Origin: Polyangia bacterium
GTDB lineage: Bacteria; Myxococcota_A; Polyangia; HGW-17
Length of the DNA stretch: 64,000 nucleotides
Direction: 5' to 3'
NCBI GenBank assembly: GCA_041686345.1
Contig: JAWLEA010000002.1
Coordinates: 5,318 to 69,317 of the forward strand
Below the pieces are notes generated by a model, which did not search any database, had not been told where the DNA came from, and saw only the letters and a list, made by a program, of their open reading frames with translations. Of this stretch, positions 39,071-48,855 are shown in pieces (the first letter of the stretch is position 1; every line of letters begins with the position of its first letter). The translations under genes and the position numbers were made by a program.

Positions 39071-39649
39071 ATGGAATATCTCCTTATAGCAATCAACTCA
39101 GTTTTTATTGGCAACTTGATTTTGGCCAAATTTCTGGGAATCTGCCCCTTCCTGGGGGTAAGTAAAAAAGTATCTACTGCTTTGGGTATGAGTATGGCTG
39201 TGATGTTCGTCATGACCCTTGCTGCCACTGTCACTTGGATACTCTTTCACTTTCTGCTTGAACCATTGAACCTGCAATATCTGCGTACAATCGTTTTTAT
39301 TCTGGTGATTGCCTCTCTGGTTCAACTTACGGAAATGGCCATTCAAAAAATTTCTCCTGCACTCTATGAAGCCCTGGGAATTTATCTGCCACTAATAACC
39401 ACCAATTGTGCAATTCTTGGTGTAGCTATCAATTCAATAGAAAAGGAATATAATTTTCTGGGAATGCTGGTTTACGCTTTCTTTGGCGCCGTCGGCTTTG
39501 GTTTGGCATTACTGCTTTTCTCTGGAATCAGGGAAAGACTGGATATATCATCAGTACCAAAGTCCTTCAGGGGAGCCGCTTCCTCGTTGATAGTTGCAGG
39601 AATTTTGTCCCTTGCTTTCATGGGATTTGCAGGATTAGTACCGGGATAA
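39071..39649 (+). CDS. rnfA: Rnf complex subunit A
   Basis: 192-aa polytopic protein matching the RnfA/RsxA pattern (N-terminal LILAKFLGICPFLG) of the NqrDE/RnfAE family. Confidence 0.85.
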   Translation: MEYLLIAINSVFIGNLILAKFLGICPFLGVSKKVSTALGMSMAVMFVMTLAATVTWILFHFLLEPLNLQYLRTIVFILVIASLVQLTEMAIQKISPALYEALGIYLPLITTNCAILGVAINSIEKEYNFLGMLVYAFFGAVGFGLALLLFSGIRERLDISSVPKSFRGAASSLIVAGILSLAFMGFAGLVPG

Positions 39650-39653
39650 CAAC

Positions 39654-40613
39654 ATGAATGAAATAATTATAGCTGTAGTCGTACTTGCTGGTATAGGTCT
39701 GGTTGCGGGAATTTTGCTTTCTTACTTTTCCAAGGTGTTCCATGTAGAGCAGGATCCGCGCATTGAAGAAATCAACGAAAATATCCTTCCCGGAGCCAAT
39801 TGTGGAGCCTGCGGATATGCAGGTTGCATAGATTTTGCCAGAGCAGTCATTGAAGCTGCTCAAAGTGGTGAAAAACTGCCCGAATGTCCTCCCGGAGGAC
39901 CTGATGTTGCCCAGGAACTGGCATCTTTTCTCGGCCTTGAACATGAAGGTTCAGAAAGAAAAACAGCTTTGGTCAAATGTGCCGGAACCAGTGACCGAGC
40001 AACAGAAAGAGCTTATATCCGCAGTGTACATGATTGTCGTACTGCTGCACTTTTTGGTGGCAACAAGGAATGCCAGTATGGCTGTATGGGTTATGGTGAT
40101 TGTGTCAAAGCCTGTCCTTATGATGCCATTCATATTTACCAGGGGAATATTGCCATCGTCGATCCTGAAAAATGCACCGCCTGCGGTATTTGTGTCGATG
40201 TCTGCCCCAACGATGTGATTGAACTCGTCCCTGCCAATCGCCAAACCCATGTTCTGTGCAACTCTCAAGCACCAACCAAGGCTACCAGATCCGCTTGCAG
40301 CGTAGGTTGCATTGGTTGCAAACTCTGTCAACGCAAAGATAAAGATTTCTCCATTGAAAACAATCTGGCAATTTACAACGGAAATAAAGGCAAAGAAGAA
40401 GCTGCCTATGCCTGCCCCAACGATGTAATTGTCAACACTTGGCAATTTCCTGTAGTTGCTTTTGTGGAAAGTACAACAGCTCGAGAAAAATTTGCCGCCC
40501 GCAAGGCTGAATACAAAGCACAGGAAAAGGCAAAAAGAAAAAAAGCTGCCGCCGCCCGCAAAGCAAAAAAAGCTGCTGCCGCCAAAAAAAAGAAGGAGGA
40601 CAAAAGTGAGTAA
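39654..40613 (+). CDS. rnfB: Rnf complex subunit B (polyferredoxin) with Lys/Ala-rich C-terminal tail
   Basis: N-terminal TM. Multiple CxxCxxCxxxCP ferredoxin motifs. C-terminal KAQEKAKRKKAAAARKAKKAAAAKKKKEDKSE. Confidence 0.85.
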   Translation: MNEIIIAVVVLAGIGLVAGILLSYFSKVFHVEQDPRIEEINENILPGANCGACGYAGCIDFARAVIEAAQSGEKLPECPPGGPDVAQELASFLGLEHEGSERKTALVKCAGTSDRATERAYIRSVHDCRTAALFGGNKECQYGCMGYGDCVKACPYDAIHIYQGNIAIVDPEKCTACGICVDVCPNDVIELVPANRQTHVLCNSQAPTKATRSACSVGCIGCKLCQRKDKDFSIENNLAIYNGNKGKEEAAYACPNDVIVNTWQFPVVAFVESTTAREKFAARKAEYKAQEKAKRKKAAAARKAKKAAAAKKKKEDKSE

Positions 40614-41937
40614 AGCCAAAACTTTCAAAGGTGGAATCCATCCCTCCTACAACAAGCATTTATCTGAGCACAAAGAAATAGTTGAAGCACCTTTGCCCAA
40701 AATGGTCGCTCTTCCTCTCAGCCAGCATATAGGAGCACCTGCAAACCCCATAGTCAAACGCAAGGATAAAGTTAAATCCGGACAACTTATAGCCGAAGCC
40801 GGCGGGTTTATCAGTGCCCCGGTTCATGCCTCCATCAGCGGTACAATCAAAGGAATCGAGCCGGTAGAACATCCCTTGGGCAAAAAAGTCGATGCAATTA
40901 TTATCGAAAGTGACGGCAAGGATGAATGGATTGATCTCAATCCAGTGGACAATCCTTTTGATGTCGATCCCGACACCATCAAAAACAAAATCAAGGAAGC
41001 CGGAATAGTTGGACTGGGAGGAGCTACTTTTCCTTCCAATGTTAAACTTTCACCTCCTGAAGACAAAAAAATTGAATTTATCATTTTGAACGGTGCTGAA
41101 TGTGAGCCTTATCTCACCACTGATCACCGCCTAATGGTTGAAAAAACCGAGGAAATAGTCACCGGACTTAAACTGGCCGCCCAAGTTCTCGGTGTGAACA
41201 AAATCTACATAGGTATCGAAACCAATAAGCCCGATGCCATCAAAAAAATGGAAAAAAAAATCGGAAATGACGGTCAGGTTGTTCCCTTGCAGGTAAAATA
41301 TCCCCAAGGTTCTGAAAAACAACTTATCAGCGCCATTACCGGCAGGGAAACTCCCCCCACCAGTCTTCCCATGGAAGTAGGAGCAGTGGTTTTCAACGTA
41401 GGCACTACCCTTGCTATCTATGAAGCCGTTTTCAAAGGCAAACCGCTTGTGGAAAGAGTAGTTACCCTTACCGGTCATGGAATCAAAAATCCTGGAAACT
41501 TTAGAACCAGATTTGGCACCTATGTGGCTGAACTGGTAGATTTTTCAGGAGGTTATAAAGAAGATGCCGCCAAACTTGTTCTCGGCGGGCCCATGATGGG
41601 AAGAGCTGTTCCCACTGACGGCATTCCGATTATCAAAGGAACTGGTGGTATTCTGGTGATGACCCAATCAGAATTAATTGTCAGAGAATATTCTGATTGC
41701 ATCAGATGTGGAAAATGTATTGAAGCTTGCCCCAACAATCATAATCCACAATTACTGGGAATTTTGATTGAACAGGAAAAATTTGACAAAATCAGCGATG
41801 AACAACTTGAAGAAATAGTACTTGATGATTGTTTTGAATGCGGAAGTTGTACTTATGTCTGTCCAGCTCACAGACCCATGGTTCAATTCTTCCAGCAGGC
41901 AAAATCTTATTATAACAACAAGAAGAAAAAGAGATAG
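40606..41937 (+). CDS. rnfC: Rnf complex subunit C (NADH-binding / Fe-S)
   Basis: GTG start after an AAGGAGGA RBS. N-terminal KTFKGGIHP matches RsxC GGIHP. Two 4Fe-4S motifs (CIRCGKCIEACP, CFECGSCTYVCP). Confidence 0.85.
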   Translation: MSKAKTFKGGIHPSYNKHLSEHKEIVEAPLPKMVALPLSQHIGAPANPIVKRKDKVKSGQLIAEAGGFISAPVHASISGTIKGIEPVEHPLGKKVDAIIIESDGKDEWIDLNPVDNPFDVDPDTIKNKIKEAGIVGLGGATFPSNVKLSPPEDKKIEFIILNGAECEPYLTTDHRLMVEKTEEIVTGLKLAAQVLGVNKIYIGIETNKPDAIKKMEKKIGNDGQVVPLQVKYPQGSEKQLISAITGRETPPTSLPMEVGAVVFNVGTTLAIYEAVFKGKPLVERVVTLTGHGIKNPGNFRTRFGTYVAELVDFSGGYKEDAAKLVLGGPMMGRAVPTDGIPIIKGTGGILVMTQSELIVREYSDCIRCGKCIEACPNNHNPQLLGILIEQEKFDKISDEQLEEIVLDDCFECGSCTYVCPAHRPMVQFFQQAKSYYNNKKKKR

Positions 41938-41941
41938 AATA

Positions 41942-42958
41942 ATGAAAACACGTTCATTTATTGTCTCAGGTGCACCTCATATTCATAAAAACAGCAGTAT
42001 CCACAAAATCATGTGGAATGTATTTGCAGCTCTCCTGCCAGCATCTTTTGTCAGCGTTTATGCTTTCGGCATGGATTCTGTCCGGGTACTGGGAGTAAGC
42101 GTTATTTCCTGTATTTTCCTCGAAATAATCGCTCTACTTTTCATGGGACGGAATTGGAAAGCCGCTTTTGACGGCAGTGCCGCAGTTACAGGTTTATTGC
42201 TGGGTCTCACCCTGCCTTCCGGCATTTCCACGGGAATCATTCTTGTGGGCGCCATCGTGGCCATCATCATAGCCAAGCAGGTTTTCGGAGGTCTTGGCAA
42301 TAATCCTTTCAATCCTGCTTTGACTTCCAGAGTTTTCCTGCTGATAGCCTTTCCCGGGCCTCTTACTACCTGGCCTCTGCCTCGTGGACTTGAAAACATC
42401 AAGAATTTTATGGGGGTAGCTACTGCTAAAACTGGAGATGTAATCACTACTGCAACTCCCCTCGGAGCCATCAAGGAAAATGCGGTGAAAGCCATGCCTT
42501 CCATTCAAGTCAACGATCTTTTTCTGGGAATCCACACTCCGGGTTCCATCGGAGAAATTTCTGCCCTGGCCTTATTGATTGGAGCTGCCTGGCTTCTTTA
42601 CAAAAAAATTATCACTTGGCATATTCCGGTAGCCACAATTTTGACTGTTTTGGCAATTTCTCTCCTGACCCATTTAATCAGTCCCGAAAAATACGCTGAT
42701 CCTTTCTTCCATCTTTTTGCAGGAGGATTGATAATCGGAGCTTTCTTCATGGCTACCGACTATGTTACAGCTCCCATCTTCAATAAAGGCAAATTGATCT
42801 ATGGAATTGGAATAGGTGTTCTTACTATTGTTATCAGATTATGGGGAGGCTATCCCGAAGGAGTATCTTTTGCCATCTTGCTTATGAACAGCACCACTCC
42901 TCTCATAGACCGCTTTACTGTTCCCAAACCCTTCGGCTTCAGAAAAGCGAGGAATTAA
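41942..42958 (+). CDS. rnfD: Rnf complex subunit D
   Basis: 338-aa polytopic protein. The N-terminal SGAPHIH motif is typical of RnfD/NqrB. Confidence 0.85.
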   Translation: MKTRSFIVSGAPHIHKNSSIHKIMWNVFAALLPASFVSVYAFGMDSVRVLGVSVISCIFLEIIALLFMGRNWKAAFDGSAAVTGLLLGLTLPSGISTGIILVGAIVAIIIAKQVFGGLGNNPFNPALTSRVFLLIAFPGPLTTWPLPRGLENIKNFMGVATAKTGDVITTATPLGAIKENAVKAMPSIQVNDLFLGIHTPGSIGEISALALLIGAAWLLYKKIITWHIPVATILTVLAISLLTHLISPEKYADPFFHLFAGGLIIGAFFMATDYVTAPIFNKGKLIYGIGIGVLTIVIRLWGGYPEGVSFAILLMNSTTPLIDRFTVPKPFGFRKARN

Positions 42959-42960
42959 TC

Positions 42961-43764
42961 ATGAATAACACTTTAAAAATGGTTATCAGTTTGACTATTA
43001 TCACCGCTGTTGCCGCAGCTGCCCTTGCTTTCGGCAACTTTGTCACTCGCGACAAAATCAAAGCCCAAGCCAAGGCCAAAGCTGCCCGGGCAGTCAAAAA
43101 GATCTTTCCCTCCTGTCAAAATCCGGTGGAAAAAAAAGTAATCACCCCAAAAGGCAAAAAAACTGCTGTTTTTTTATGCAAAGGGGGTAAAAAGGCCTTT
43201 GTTTTTTCTTCAAAGTCAGCCCCGGATATTTCCAGCCCCTATGGTGGCACAATCAAGTTGATGATAGGTCTTGACAACAAAGACGTCATCAAAGGAGTAC
43301 AAGTGGTTAAACAAAGTGAAACTCCGGGTCTGGGAGCAAACTTGACGGAAAAGGATTTTCTTGACCAGTTCAAAAACTTGTCCCTGAAAACAGGAGGCAT
43401 TGCAGTTAAAAAAGATGATCCTGCAGGCAAAATTGATGCAATTAGTGGAGCCACCATTACTTCCCGCAGTGTTGCCTCCATAGTCAGATCCGCCCTGCTT
43501 TTCAACAACAAAAAATTGAAAAAACTTACCAGAAATGCAAATAAAAGAACCAGAAAAGGTAAAAAGAGCGGCAGCCGTTCAAAACGCAGAAATCAGCCTA
43601 TTGATCCAAGTAAACTCAAATATAAAAAGAATATACAAAATTATAAAATAATCAGAAAACAAATTCGCAAGAAAATTTATAATGCCAAAGAAAGAATGCA
43701 TAAAAACAAAGCTGAGAAAGACGGTAAACCAGCAGATGTCAGAAAAAGAAAAGGAGGCAGATAA
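42961..43764 (+). CDS. rnfG: Rnf complex subunit G (FMN-binding) with about 90-aa highly basic C-terminal tail
   Basis: N-terminal TM and FMN-attachment motif SGATITS. Tail KKLTRNANKRTRKGKKSGSRSKRRNQ...KRKGGR. Confidence 0.8.
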   Translation: MNNTLKMVISLTIITAVAAAALAFGNFVTRDKIKAQAKAKAARAVKKIFPSCQNPVEKKVITPKGKKTAVFLCKGGKKAFVFSSKSAPDISSPYGGTIKLMIGLDNKDVIKGVQVVKQSETPGLGANLTEKDFLDQFKNLSLKTGGIAVKKDDPAGKIDAISGATITSRSVASIVRSALLFNNKKLKKLTRNANKRTRKGKKSGSRSKRRNQPIDPSKLKYKKNIQNYKIIRKQIRKKIYNAKERMHKNKAEKDGKPADVRKRKGGR

Positions 43765-44420
43765 TGGGATCTTCTAAGGAATCTTCTGCAAATTATTTCA
43801 GAACCTTTACCAAGGGTTTTTGGTCCCAAAATGCAGCTCTCGTTCTGTTGCTGGGCATGTGTCCCACTTTGGCTGTCACTACCTCGGCCTTTAACGGTAT
43901 GGGAATGGGAATGGCAACAACTGCCGTTCTCCTGGGATCCAATATAATTATTTCCCTGATTGCTGGATTAATTCCTAAAAAAGTAAGGATTCCTGCCTAC
44001 ATAGTAGTAATTGCAACCCTGGTCACCCTGGTTGACATGTTCATGGCTGCTTATTCCCCGGAATTGCACAGCGAGCTGGGTCTTTTTATTCCTTTGATTG
44101 TTGTCAACTGTATTATTCTGGGCAGAGCCGAAGCTTTTGCCTCCAAATCCGAAAATAATGTACTTCAATCTTTACTCGACGGTTTGGGAATGGGATTGGG
44201 ATTTGCTCTCACTCTCTTTATTCTTGGTGCCATCAGAGAGATTCTCGGTAATGGGACAATTACTGTATTCAAATATACTACCACTATCATAAAATTTACA
44301 GTCTATCATAAAGAAATAATCAATCCCATTTTAGTATTTATTCTGGCTCCGGGAGCTTTCATCACTCTTGGTTTTCTGCTGGGATTGAAAAACTATATTG
44401 ATAATTTACTCGAAAATTGA
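43764..44420 (+). CDS. rnfE: Rnf complex subunit E
   Basis: 218-aa polytopic RnfE/NqrD-family protein. Its ATG overlaps the rnfG stop. Confidence 0.85.
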   Translation: MGSSKESSANYFRTFTKGFWSQNAALVLLLGMCPTLAVTTSAFNGMGMGMATTAVLLGSNIIISLIAGLIPKKVRIPAYIVVIATLVTLVDMFMAAYSPELHSELGLFIPLIVVNCIILGRAEAFASKSENNVLQSLLDGLGMGLGFALTLFILGAIREILGNGTITVFKYTTTIIKFTVYHKEIINPILVFILAPGAFITLGFLLGLKNYIDNLLEN

Positions 44421-44697
44421 CCTTTCCTCTGTAATTTTTTTCAAACTTATATTAATATAAGTTCGGGGAAAAACAATTCAGGAATTATTTTCAAAGTTTA
44501 CAAAAATCTGAATATTTTCTGCATTAATTTTGATTAAACTGGAAACACCGGTTTGAATCTTTGCTCTGAATTTATTTTCCCTGCCTGATAACCCGTTATT
44601 TTTTCCAATTTGGAAAAACAATCTCTGCTCTGATATGGGTGGGAGTTTGCCATTAATTGCCACGATTCCCGCCCATATTAAATTGAAAGGATCAATC

Positions 44698-45252
44698 ATG
44701 GAATACAGCCCCGATCAATTCGCCAATCACTTCCAGGAATGGATTGACAACTATTCCGACGACATTAAAGTAATTACAGAAGTGTTATCCCTTGAACAGG
44801 CACCTGAAGACCTCAAGCTTATGGCAATAGGAGCACTCAACTACGGTTTGAAACAACTTGATCTCATCCCTGATTTTTATAAACCTGTCGGTTTAATCGA
44901 TGATGCGATTATTCTTCATCTTTTTGCTTATATAGGCATCGACTATATTATCGAACTCGAAAATAACCGCATCAAAAAGCACCTGATAAACATGGCCGAA
45001 GGAAACGAGATCATCAAAGCCTTTGTCGGCAAAGATATCTATCGGTCCCTGCTTAATTATGTAAAAACTCTGCCTGAAGAAAAAGTAAGACAGAGAACAG
45101 CCAAGATGATTCTGCAAGATGAAGAGCTTCTCAATGAATTAATCAAAGACATAGAAGTCGAACTCAGAGGCTATCAAGGCGCTAAAATTGAAGACAGAAA
45201 AACAATTCTCAAGGATCTCAAATCTTTCCTTAAAATGAAGCTGGTTGGATGA
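44698..45252 (+). CDS. DUF1232 (YkvA-like) domain protein
   Basis: LDLIPDFYKPVGLIDDAIILHLF matches the DUF1232 signature LIPDxIPxxGxxDD. Confidence 0.55.
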   Translation: MEYSPDQFANHFQEWIDNYSDDIKVITEVLSLEQAPEDLKLMAIGALNYGLKQLDLIPDFYKPVGLIDDAIILHLFAYIGIDYIIELENNRIKKHLINMAEGNEIIKAFVGKDIYRSLLNYVKTLPEEKVRQRTAKMILQDEELLNELIKDIEVELRGYQGAKIEDRKTILKDLKSFLKMKLVG

Positions 45253-45366
45253 CAATTCCAGGTTCAATTTTCAAATTGGGAAAGCAAATTAATAATTCCC
45301 CTCTTAAAAACAGGGAATTTAATAAAACTGATTTTATAATCTTTGCATACAGGATACCAAGATAAT

Positions 45367-46776
45367 ATGGCACAGGATACCAGAATCAATATAATCAAAA
45401 AACTTGATGCCGGAGGTATGGCAGAAGTTTACATCGGCAAATTGATAGGTGCCCAGGGAATCAGCCGTCGTGTCGCAGTCAAAAAAATTCTTCCCCAATT
45501 AAACAAAAACAAGAAATTTGTTTCCATGTTTCTTGACGAAGCCCGACTGGCAATGAACCTGAGTCATGCCAATCTGGTTCAAACTTTTGATGTTACCCGG
45601 ATCAAAGATTCCTATTGTATTGTCATGGAATTTATTGAAGGCTCTTCCTTGAAAGCTGTCATGAATTTCATGAAAAAGAAAAATAAAACCCTCCCTATTG
45701 GAACCGCCATCTATATTGTCATGGAAGCAGCCAAAGGCCTTGGATATGCCCATAATGCCAAAGACGCCAACGGACAACCTCTCAAATTAATCCACCGTGA
45801 TGTCAGCCCTCCCAATATCCTTATTTCCAAAGAAGGCGAAATCAAGGTGGCTGATTTTGGTCTGGCCAAAGCCGCCTTGCAAGTTGAAACCACCGAACCG
45901 GGAATCATCAAAGGAAAATTTTCCTATCTTTCTCCCGAAATAATCATGGGTATTGAAATCGATAAAAGAGCCGATATTTTTTCCCTTGGAATTGTTCTTT
46001 TCGAATTGCTCACCGGCAGAAGACTTTTTTATGGAGAAAATGATCTTGAAACCGTCAAACTGGTCGAAAAAGCCCATATTCCCAGAGTTACCGCTCTCAA
46101 TCCCGAGGTACCGCCAGCTCTGGAAAGAGCTCTTTTCAGAGCACTCAAAAGGGATCGCAACAAACGCTATCAGGAAACTGCAGAATTTATTGACGATCTC
46201 AACAGTGTTCTTTTCACCTACGGATTAAAAGTCAATTCTCGAGATGTTGCCCAAATCATTAAAGAAGTCAAAGGATACTCTGTTCCTGAAAAAGAAAAAT
46301 CTGGAGATTATGATTTCGATTTAGACAGTGAATTCACCGGAGAATTCTCCTTTTCATCCAAAGAAAAATTGGAAGAAAAATTGGAAAATCCACCTCAAAA
46401 AGAAACTGAACAACAAGAAGACACCAGATCCTGGTTCAGTGATATGGATATGGATTTTGACAATATTATCGATGGAGAAAATTCCAATCCTTCTCCCCAA
46501 ACTGAAACCGATAACAACGAAGAATTTCTTTCTGATGATCTCCTTGAAGAAGTTCTTGAACCTGAAGAAGAAGAGGAAGAAGAAATCGAACTTGAAATGG
46601 AAGAAGAAAATTCCGTTGTTTCCGGGAAACTTGATTCCTCAGTCATGAAAAAAGCAGTTAAAATCTCAACAAAAAACGAATCTGAAGAACCCCATTCTGA
46701 AAATCAGAAACAGCCTCAAAAAGATTCACCTAAAAAGAAAAAAGGGTGGTTCAGTAAATTATTTGGAGGAAACTGA
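45367..46776 (+). CDS. Hanks-type Ser/Thr protein kinase with acidic low-complexity C-terminal region
   Basis: LDAGGMAEVY. VAVKKI. Catalytic loop HRDVSPPNILI. DFGLAK. SPE. The C-terminal 180 aa are D/E-rich (EEEEEEEIELEMEEE). The ORF track gives a TTG start at 45343. Confidence 0.85.
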   Translation: MAQDTRINIIKKLDAGGMAEVYIGKLIGAQGISRRVAVKKILPQLNKNKKFVSMFLDEARLAMNLSHANLVQTFDVTRIKDSYCIVMEFIEGSSLKAVMNFMKKKNKTLPIGTAIYIVMEAAKGLGYAHNAKDANGQPLKLIHRDVSPPNILISKEGEIKVADFGLAKAALQVETTEPGIIKGKFSYLSPEIIMGIEIDKRADIFSLGIVLFELLTGRRLFYGENDLETVKLVEKAHIPRVTALNPEVPPALERALFRALKRDRNKRYQETAEFIDDLNSVLFTYGLKVNSRDVAQIIKEVKGYSVPEKEKSGDYDFDLDSEFTGEFSFSSKEKLEEKLENPPQKETEQQEDTRSWFSDMDMDFDNIIDGENSNPSPQTETDNNEEFLSDDLLEEVLEPEEEEEEEIELEMEEENSVVSGKLDSSVMKKAVKISTKNESEEPHSENQKQPQKDSPKKKKGWFSKLFGGN

Positions 46777-46778
46777 AA

Positions 46779-48842
46779 TTGCAACTGCTTCTAATTACAC
46801 TTTTTTCCTTGCTTCCTCTTGATAAAAACCCAAAAGATCAAAGTAAAGATCCCCTCTTGGGTTTTCCCCTCAAGGGCAGGCAGAAAAATATTTCCTATTT
46901 CGAACGCAATTACAATAACTGGAAACAAAACAACGAGGGCAAATTTATCCTCAAGGCCTACAAGAATCCTCAAAAAACAGCCCAAGAGCTTTATACTTCA
47001 AAGATTAAAGAATCTTACAAACTAAAAGCTCTGGGTATCATCAATGATCGCAGACTGATCAATTACTACAAAACCCTCCTGCCCTCTTTTCATGATGCCA
47101 AATGGATATTATCTTTATTTGAAGGTCTTTCCCGTTCTCAAAATATAAAAGATCACCAATTCATCGCAAAACATATACCCTACTACAATTTACATTCCTC
47201 CGGTTTTAAAACTGTTTTTACTTTTATGGCCATCAACTATCCGGAAACTCTCGCACCTCTTATTCTAGACGGAAAACTTGCCCCCCACCTCATAAAAATA
47301 TTTACCAAACATTATGATTCAGCCTTTGTACCCTATTTAGACAAGGCTTTTCACAAAAATATCATCTCCAAAGAACAACTCCTGAATTTTACCAAAAATA
47401 ATTTTTTCCATTTTAATAACAACCATAAAAAACTGATCTGCAAACATCTTCTCCAAAATTTAAAGCCAGGAAAAGTTAACAATATCTTTTATTACAAAGA
47501 TATCTTCAAAATTATTGGAGCCTGCCCCAAATCAATACACACGTCCAAATGGAAAGCACTGCTTGGCAATAAAAAAATTAACCTGCTCATGATCAAAAAC
47601 ATGATTAAAAATAATAATTTTTTTGAAAAAGACCTGCTCTGGCCTTTTTCTTTCCTGCTGAAACATTATAAAAACCAAACTGGATGGACCAAACTAATTC
47701 TCGAAGTAATGGGCAGAATTAAAAGCAAAAAAGCTGTCAAAACCGTTGCCTCTTACGTTCTCACTTCTAATTTGTGGTTAAGGGAAAATGCACTTGAAAC
47801 CTTGGCTGCAGGAACACTCAGAACTTCTGGAAAAATGTTGCATGCTGCGGCTTTGGAAACAGCAGGAGAAGAAGCAGTAATGTATTTCTCCCCTTATCTT
47901 CACAATAGCCGCAATTTCAATTATCACAACTACGACCAACCCCTTTTGAAACTAGCTCTCAAATATCTGAGAGCAAAAAACCAGGATTACATAAACGCCG
48001 CCGCCTTTACTTTGGCCACTGCTCCAGAAAATAACCACGAAAATGATTGGTATCCAGTTGTTCTGGATTACCTTAAAAAACTGGAAAAAGATAAAAATCA
48101 TTCGGCAATTGCCGGTCTCATGCCTATAATCGCTCGTGCTTCCAGCTCTGACCAACTCCTCAAAAAATACCTCAATTCCGACAACCACAACATAAGAATA
48201 GGCACTGTACTTGCTCTCGGTTTCAGAAAATCTCCGATTTTTCTCAAACCCCTGTATAAATTTGCCTTTTCACCTGATCGAATGCTGGCAGTCAACAGCG
48301 TCTGGTCTCTGGCCAGAACTCCGGGAAGTTTCCCTTACCTTCTCAAAATAATATCCCGTTCCAATCTGCCGGCTGTTTTTACAAATGCTTTGGCCGGAAT
48401 CAACAGGATAAAACTTGCTGATAAGCAGAAAAAAAATCTCTGTTCAGTCCTTTTCAAAAGAGTCACCGCAAGAGATATTTCGGGAACAAATCTGATCAAT
48501 GCCAGCAGTTACCTGCTTAAACAGTGTCCCAACCTCAACGCCGTAATCTTCAAAAAGTGGATTAATTCCCTTTCTCTCAAATTGATTAACCATAATTTAA
48601 TTTTTAAAAATTCCAGTTTTTTTGAACCTTCTTCCTTACCCGAGGGTCACTTCTTCACCAGAAAATTATCCAAATTCCATACTGGAAAAGAAGGCAAAAA
48701 ATTCGACTTGCATTTACATACAGGAGAAAAAATTTATGGTTTTTCTACCACCGGAGGCATAGTTTTTATCGATGATATAGACTCTGATCCTCACAATAAA
48801 ATTTTCTGGTTCAACCCCAAACTAAAAAAATTCAAACCCTGA
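46779..48842 (+). CDS. Hypothetical protein, possible HEAT/PBS-lyase-like repeats
   Basis: 687 aa. TTG start 9 nt after a GGAGGA RBS and 2 nt after the kinase stop. Repetitive alpha-helical units (IRIGTVLALGF, LAVNSVWSLART). Confidence 0.45.
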   Translation: MQLLLITLFSLLPLDKNPKDQSKDPLLGFPLKGRQKNISYFERNYNNWKQNNEGKFILKAYKNPQKTAQELYTSKIKESYKLKALGIINDRRLINYYKTLLPSFHDAKWILSLFEGLSRSQNIKDHQFIAKHIPYYNLHSSGFKTVFTFMAINYPETLAPLILDGKLAPHLIKIFTKHYDSAFVPYLDKAFHKNIISKEQLLNFTKNNFFHFNNNHKKLICKHLLQNLKPGKVNNIFYYKDIFKIIGACPKSIHTSKWKALLGNKKINLLMIKNMIKNNNFFEKDLLWPFSFLLKHYKNQTGWTKLILEVMGRIKSKKAVKTVASYVLTSNLWLRENALETLAAGTLRTSGKMLHAAALETAGEEAVMYFSPYLHNSRNFNYHNYDQPLLKLALKYLRAKNQDYINAAAFTLATAPENNHENDWYPVVLDYLKKLEKDKNHSAIAGLMPIIARASSSDQLLKKYLNSDNHNIRIGTVLALGFRKSPIFLKPLYKFAFSPDRMLAVNSVWSLARTPGSFPYLLKIISRSNLPAVFTNALAGINRIKLADKQKKNLCSVLFKRVTARDISGTNLINASSYLLKQCPNLNAVIFKKWINSLSLKLINHNLIFKNSSFFEPSSLPEGHFFTRKLSKFHTGKEGKKFDLHLHTGEKIYGFSTTGGIVFIDDIDSDPHNKIFWFNPKLKKFKP

Positions 48843-48855
48843 GTAATCTTAATCC

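Noticed and set aside
36217-40605. Long ORF-track starts for pdxJ (36217), nnr (37051, TTG), glmM (34695), rnfC (40456), rnfD (41822), rnfG (42841) and proS (52899)
   Set aside because: Conserved protein N-termini and RBS positions support downstream starts (36277, 37102, 34707, 40606 GTG, 41942, 42961, 52905). The upstream extensions would overlap the preceding genes or MITEs.
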